64,000 nucleotides of DNA, from contig OY729431.1 in assembly GCA_963422395.1 (NCBI GenBank), positions 448,001-512,000 of the forward strand, read 5' to 3'. This DNA is from Vicinamibacteria bacterium. Lineage in GTDB: Bacteria > Acidobacteriota > Vicinamibacteria > Marinacidobacterales > Marinacidobacteraceae. Positions 60,001-64,000 of the stretch are shown here, one piece after another. The position numbers and the translations under genes were made by a program. How positions within the stretch are numbered: the first letter of the stretch is position 1; every line of letters begins with the position of its first letter. The notes below the pieces were generated by a model, which was not told the DNA's origin, did not search any database, and saw only the letters and a program-made list of their open reading frames with translations.

Positions 60001-60384
60001 CAGCTCGATGCGCTTCTGGAGCGGGGGCGAGCGGCTTCGCTTTGGAGCGATGCCCTCGAGGAGCAGGCCGAAGCCCTGCGTAAACGACTCTCCGAGGTGG
60101 AGGAGCTCCTGATCCAGACGAAGAACGAGTCTGGCCAGGACCCCATCAACTTTCCGCCGAAGCTGGACAATCAGATCGCGTATCTCTACGGCCACATCGC
60201 CCGCAACTACGGACGCCCGACCGGCGGATCCTTCTCGCGCCTCGGCGACCTCGAAGCCGAAGCCGCACCGTTGCTGGCGCGCCTCGGGGAACTGCTCGGC
60301 GCGGGGGTCGCCGACCTGAACCGTGCTCTCGAAGAGGCAGGGATTACCGGCGAGGTGCTCGTGACCGGCACACCTTTCCCGTGA
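57043..60384 (+). CDS. Secreted BNR/VPS10 beta-propeller glycosyl-hydrolase-like protein
   Basis: R.VGP..GGR, repeated S.DGG.TW Asp-boxes, HGDNH.LW, YRFQWNAP, ATQGRSFWILDD, helical C-terminus. Confidence 0.85.
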   Translation: MRMRSPAAPPGLPLRRLRHWVPAPILPALAAFGVAVSSVAASAVVQGPVRRAEVPDGFSVPAEVLGAFDFRMVGPSRGGRVTTVTGVREEPHVFYLGSTGGGVWKTENAGVSWTDISDREFAVGSIGAVAVAPSDPNVVYVGTGSACPRGNVSVGNGVYRSTDAGRSWTHAGLDRAGLIGRIVVDPRDPDRIFIAVLGQIFGRSSERGVYRSEDGGNTWEAVLQVSESTGAVDLTVNPANPRELFAAMWQAERKPWTLIDGGAESGLYRTRNGGDHWERLEGGLPQASEDAPIGRIGVSIAASDPRRVYALVTAAAERGGLYRSDDGGDRWSRVNGDRRLRTRGWYYSHVVADPTDPDTVYVLNAPLLQSVDAGASFRPVRVPHGDNHDLWIHPEDARIMVEANDGGATVSLDGGENWSSLHNQPTAEFYRLTLDDRFPRRLYGAQQDNTTISVPAWTDGGLSPETHWRDVAGGESGHIAVTPGRPELTYAGNYIGQIDRRDAAEAGARNVILYPELADGVAPRDLRYRFQWNAPILVSRHDPEVVFHASNFVHRTNDGGLSWRTISPDLTADDPEKQALPGGPVQYDHTGVEVYGTVFALAESPRQAGILWAGTDDGRVHLSRDGGESWTEVTPPEMPPGATVNSVDASSHRDGGAILAVHRYRENDFAPYLFSTEDFGTNWTRRGADGGLPEGHPVRVARQDPTDERILYLGTEFGLFLSLDGGAAFAPFGDLPATPITDLRVAGDELFVATQGRSFWILDDLSPVRALAGRSWDVPALLPAGPAVRLATGGGRPFRGPGAPENRPPGVLLHYFLPEDLPAGSALRITITDGAGATVREFTRKPSPAASAGARGGERPDPDAVDSVGDSAVDAILDAEAGLQRIAWDLKYRRPKLQQGAVMSISYTGGMFVLPGDYSASLWTTEGGAEDRAERSVGSVPLVVRADPRVSAAAGDLRQQHDLARRAQALLERVHERIGALREARRQLDALLERGRAASLWSDALEEQAEALRKRLSEVEELLIQTKNESGQDPINFPPKLDNQIAYLYGHIARNYGRPTGGSFSRLGDLEAEAAPLLARLGELLGAGVADLNRALEEAGITGEVLVTGTPFP

Positions 60385-60569
60385 GCCTTGATGCCGGCCT
60401 CGCCACTTTCGACCGTGCGCTCGATGTGGCCTGGAGGCGCCGAACCCGACCCCGTCACCCCAACTGAAGTCCCATCCGGTCGTTGCCGACGGATGCGGGC
60501 CGCCCCCTTGCCTCCCGGTGCGAATCCCTGCGTCTCATTTAGGATTCCCGTCTTCCAGGAAGCACCTTT

Positions 60570-62192
60570 TTGGCCCGGATCGAGTCCCGCATCTCCACCT
60601 GGTCCGATGAGTTCCGCGCCAACGAGGGGCACAACCTGAGGCTTTGCGAAACGCTTCGGGAGCGGATCGAGGAAGCCCGCGAGGGCGGGGGAGAGCGGGC
60701 GCGCGAGCGCCACGCCGAGCAGGGCAAGCTGTTCGTCCGGGAACGGATCGAGCGGCTCGCCGATCCCGGGACCCCCTTCCTCGAGATCGCCCCGCTCGCC
60801 GGTCTCGGCTGTTACGACACACCCACTCCGGCGGCGGGGCTGGTCGCGGGGGTCTCCTCGGTGTCGGGACGGCTGGTCATGGTGGCCGCCAACGACGCCA
60901 CCGTGAAGGGCGGGGCCTATTACCCGCTCACCGTGAAGAAACACCTCCGTGCCCAGGAGATCGCCGCCGACTGCAATCTGCCGTGCGTATATCTGGTGGA
61001 CAGCGGCGGGGCCTTCCTGCCGCTCCAGGCGGAGGTGTTTCCCGACCGCGACCACTTCGGCCGCATCTTCCGCAACCAAGCGGTGATGAGCGCCCGCGGC
61101 GTTCCCCAGCTGTCGGCGGTGATGGGGATGTGCACTGCAGGGGGTGCGTATGTGCCGGCGATGAGCGACGAGGCAGTCATCGTCTCGGGCACGGGGACGA
61201 TCTACCTCGGCGGCCCGCCGCTGGTGAAGGCGGCCACCGGCGAGGAAGTGACCCCCGAGGAGCTGGGCGGCGCGCGAGTCCACACCGAGCGTTCCGGAGT
61301 GGCCGACCACTTCGCGGCGGACGACGAGGCAGCGATCCGCGTTTTGCGCGACGCCGTGGGTCGGCTCTCTGCGGGTCCCGCCGGTTCGCTCCGCGACCGG
61401 GATCCGGAGCCTCCCGAGTACCCGGAGGAAGAGATCCTCGGCATCTGGCCCCGCGACCGTCGGACCCGGGTGGACATCCGGGAAACCCTCGCGCGTTTGC
61501 TCGACGGGAGCCGCCTCGACGAGTTCAAGGAGCGCTATGGCGCGACCCTGGTCACCGGTTTCGCGCACCTCGAGGGGATCGCCGTCGGAGTGGTGGCGAG
61601 CAACGGGGTACTTTTCAGCGAGAGCGGCCTCAAGGGGGCCCACTTCATCCAGATCTGCGCCCGGGAAGGGCTGCCGCTGCTGTTCGTCCAGGACATCACC
61701 GGGTTCATGGTGGGCGCCCGCTACGAACGGGCCGGCATCGCGAAGGACGGCGCCAAGCTGGTGCACGCGGTTGCAACCGCCGGGGTCCCGAAGGTCACCC
61801 TGATCGCCGGCGGGAGTTTCGGGGCCGGGAACTACGCGATGTGCGGACGCGCCTACGACCCCTCCTTCCTCTGGTCCTGGCCTTCGAGCCGCATTTCGGT
61901 GATGGGCGGCGAGCAGGCGGCCTCGGTACTGGTGCAGGTCAAGCGGGAGCAGCGAGAGCGTGCCGGAAAGGCGCTGTCCGAAGCCGAGGCCGGAGCGATC
62001 GCGGCCCCGGTGCGAGAACGGTACGAGCGCGAGGGCGACCCTTTCTACGCGACCGCCCGGCTCTGGGACGACGGCATCCTCGACATGCGCGACACTCGGA
62101 GGACGCTCTCGCTCAGCCTCGCCGCGGCGCTCGCTGCGCGCGAGGGCAACGCCTCCCCCCGCTGGTCCCGCCACGGGATCTTCCGGATGTGA
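60570..62192 (+). CDS. Acyl-CoA carboxylase carboxyltransferase (methylcrotonyl-CoA carboxylase beta-like)
   Basis: ANDATVKGG.Y.P.TVKKHLRAQEIA, VDSGGA.LP, CTAGGAYVPAM, QDITGFMVG, YATARLWDDG. Confidence 0.92.
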   Translation: MARIESRISTWSDEFRANEGHNLRLCETLRERIEEAREGGGERARERHAEQGKLFVRERIERLADPGTPFLEIAPLAGLGCYDTPTPAAGLVAGVSSVSGRLVMVAANDATVKGGAYYPLTVKKHLRAQEIAADCNLPCVYLVDSGGAFLPLQAEVFPDRDHFGRIFRNQAVMSARGVPQLSAVMGMCTAGGAYVPAMSDEAVIVSGTGTIYLGGPPLVKAATGEEVTPEELGGARVHTERSGVADHFAADDEAAIRVLRDAVGRLSAGPAGSLRDRDPEPPEYPEEEILGIWPRDRRTRVDIRETLARLLDGSRLDEFKERYGATLVTGFAHLEGIAVGVVASNGVLFSESGLKGAHFIQICAREGLPLLFVQDITGFMVGARYERAGIAKDGAKLVHAVATAGVPKVTLIAGGSFGAGNYAMCGRAYDPSFLWSWPSSRISVMGGEQAASVLVQVKREQRERAGKALSEAEAGAIAAPVRERYEREGDPFYATARLWDDGILDMRDTRRTLSLSLAAALAAREGNASPRWSRHGIFRM

Positions 62193-64000
62193 CGCCGGTG
62201 ACCGCGCCGTCGAAAAAGATCGTCCGGGTCGGGAACGCCGGGGGCTATTGGGGCGACGATCCCGGAGCGCTCCGGCGCCAGGTTCTCGGCCCGAGTCCGC
62301 CGGATTTCGTGACCGCCGACTTCCTGGCTGAGATCACCATGGGCATTTTGCAAAAGCAGCGTGTCCGCGACCCAGCAGCAGGGTATGCCCGCGACTTCGT
62401 GGACCAGCTCGCTCCGCTCCTCGGGGCGATTCGGCAGCGGGAGATCACAGTCATCACCAACGCCGGGGGGGTGAACCCCGAGGGCTGCGCCCAAGCCGTG
62501 CTCGAGGCAGCCCGGCGGGAGGGCCTTGGGCTCACGGTGGCGGTCGTGGACGGCGACGACCTGCTGCCCCGGATGGAGGAACTGCGGGCGGCAGGTTTCC
62601 GGTTCGACAATCTGGAGACGGAGGAACCCCTCGAATCCGGGGGCCGCCGGTTGCTTTCGGCGCATGCCTACCTGGGGGCCGAACCGGTCGTGCGGGCGCT
62701 CGCCCATCAGCCCGATGTCGTCGTCACGGGGCGGGTTACCGACCCGGCACTCACCCTGGCGGCGTTTCGCCACGCCTTCGGCTGGGAGCCGACCGATTGG
62801 GACCGGATCGCGGCCGGTATCGTGGCCGGGCATCTGCTCGAATGCGGGGCCCAGGCCACTGGCGGGAACTTCACCGACTGGCAGCGGGTCTCCGGCATCG
62901 GTGCCCAGGGTTTCCCGATCGTCGAGGGGGAAGAGGACGGGCGCTTCGTGCTGACGAAGCAGCCAGGCACCGGCGGGCTCGTGTCCCCGGCGGTGGTCAA
63001 GGAGCAGCTCCTCTACGAGCTGGGAGACCCCGAGTGCTATCTCTGCCCCGACGCGGTGGTCGATTTCTCGGGACTCACCGCGGAGACTTGGGGCAGGGAT
63101 CGGGTGCGGGTCGAGGGCGCCCGCGGCGCCCCGCCGCCTCTGGATCTCAAGGTGAGCGCGTCGGTCGCCGGAGGCTTTACGGCGCGGGCCAGTTTGGTGG
63201 TCGGCGGCCCCGATGCCGCCGGCAAGACGGAGGTGCTGGAAGAAGCGTTCCGCGGGCGCCTTGCGGAGGCCTGCGCGGCCGCAGGGGTTGCCGAGCCGGA
63301 AGAGCTGCGCTTCGACCTGGTGGGTCGGAACGCGGCGCAGCGCGGGCTCAGCGGCTCCGGGCTTTCCGAACCCGCCGAGGGTCTCGTTCGCCTCGCAGCC
63401 TGGAGCCCGCAGCGGGAACCGCTTCTCCTGTTCCGCAAGCTGGCGCCGAGCTTCTTGCTGAGCGGACCGCCGGGTCTCGCGGTCACCGGCGGAGCGCCGA
63501 AGGTCTCTGAAGTGATCGGCTACTGGCCGGCGCTCATCCCGCGGGAATTCGTTCCCGCCCGGGTTCGGGTACTTCGGGTCTCGCCCGGGGGAACTCCGGA
63601 ATCCATCGCCGAAGAAGAAGTGCGCCTGGGCGAGCCGACCGAAGCCGTCGGCTGCTTCCCGTCGGCTGCTTCCCGCCGTTCGGAGGCGCTCGATCGTCCG
63701 CGATCCCCTGCCGCCGTATCCGGCCGGGAGGTGGTCGCTCCGCTCGGAGCGGTGGCCCACGCTCGAAGCGGCGACAAGGGGAACTCGGCGAACATCGGAG
63801 TCATCGGTCGGAGCGAAGCCTGCTACCGGTGGTTGACCGAGACCCTGACCGTGCCGGTGGTGGCCGGGTGGGCCGATGGGGTCGCCGCGGGTCCGGTGAA
63901 ACGCTATGAACTGCCCGGGCTCCGGGCGCTGAACTTCGTGTTCGAAGGCGCCCTCGGCGGCGGCGGGACCCGGAGCCTCCTGCTCGACCCCCAGGGGAAA
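62189..64000 (+). CDS. AtuA-family acyclic terpene utilization protein (runs off the window)
   Basis: GTGA overlap with the upstream gene. VRVGNAGGYWGDD, LAEITM, TNAGG.NP, AYLG, GHLLECG.Q.TGGNF, EQLLYE, ARSGDKG, SL..DPQGK. Absent from the ORF track because it has no stop in the window. Confidence 0.88.
   Translation, partial: MTPVTAPSKKIVRVGNAGGYWGDDPGALRRQVLGPSPPDFVTADFLAEITMGILQKQRVRDPAAGYARDFVDQLAPLLGAIRQREITVITNAGGVNPEGCAQAVLEAARREGLGLTVAVVDGDDLLPRMEELRAAGFRFDNLETEEPLESGGRRLLSAHAYLGAEPVVRALAHQPDVVVTGRVTDPALTLAAFRHAFGWEPTDWDRIAAGIVAGHLLECGAQATGGNFTDWQRVSGIGAQGFPIVEGEEDGRFVLTKQPGTGGLVSPAVVKEQLLYELGDPECYLCPDAVVDFSGLTAETWGRDRVRVEGARGAPPPLDLKVSASVAGGFTARASLVVGGPDAAGKTEVLEEAFRGRLAEACAAAGVAEPEELRFDLVGRNAAQRGLSGSGLSEPAEGLVRLAAWSPQREPLLLFRKLAPSFLLSGPPGLAVTGGAPKVSEVIGYWPALIPREFVPARVRVLRVSPGGTPESIAEEEVRLGEPTEAVGCFPSAASRRSEALDRPRSPAAVSGREVVAPLGAVAHARSGDKGNSANIGVIGRSEACYRWLTETLTVPVVAGWADGVAAGPVKRYELPGLRALNFVFEGALGGGGTRSLLLDPQGK

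Overview
GC-rich (about 70% by eye) bacterial chromosome segment, mostly housekeeping. Gene content suggests Acidobacteriota or a similar lineage (inference only). It holds gatB, a udk-like kinase, coaX with a PanS-like symporter, acnA, cstA, hisS, rho, the rplU-rpmA-obgE-nadD-rsfS cluster, tilS-ftsH-cdaA-cdaR-lepB, futalosine-pathway menaquinone genes (mqnP/ubiA, ubiX, mqnE, mqnA, mqnC, plus a distant mqnD), a liv-type ABC transporter, yebC-ruvC-ruvA-[MutS-like]-ruvB-queA, a BNR/VPS10 protein and the start of an acyl-CoA carboxylase/AtuA cluster. I saw no rRNA, tRNA, CRISPR array, prophage or transposase. The most unusual items are: (1) an SbnI/SerK-like kinase in a tight divergon with an amino-acid ABC importer; (2) a bipolar histone-like protein (36 basic pentapeptides plus an acidic repeat tail) with a triple 13-bp repeat in its leader; (3) a coupled operon of a degenerate S1/P1-like protein, ECF sigma, STAS protein, 92-aa orphan and DUF1573-like protein; (4) a membrane-anchored MutS-like ATPase between ruvA and ruvB; (5) a ~195-bp MITE family whose ends carry DnaA-box-like 9-mers; (6) a frameshifted Cfr9I/XmaI-like m4C methyltransferase; (7) several apparently leaderless promoters. 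All family calls come from motif recognition by eye; no searches were run.
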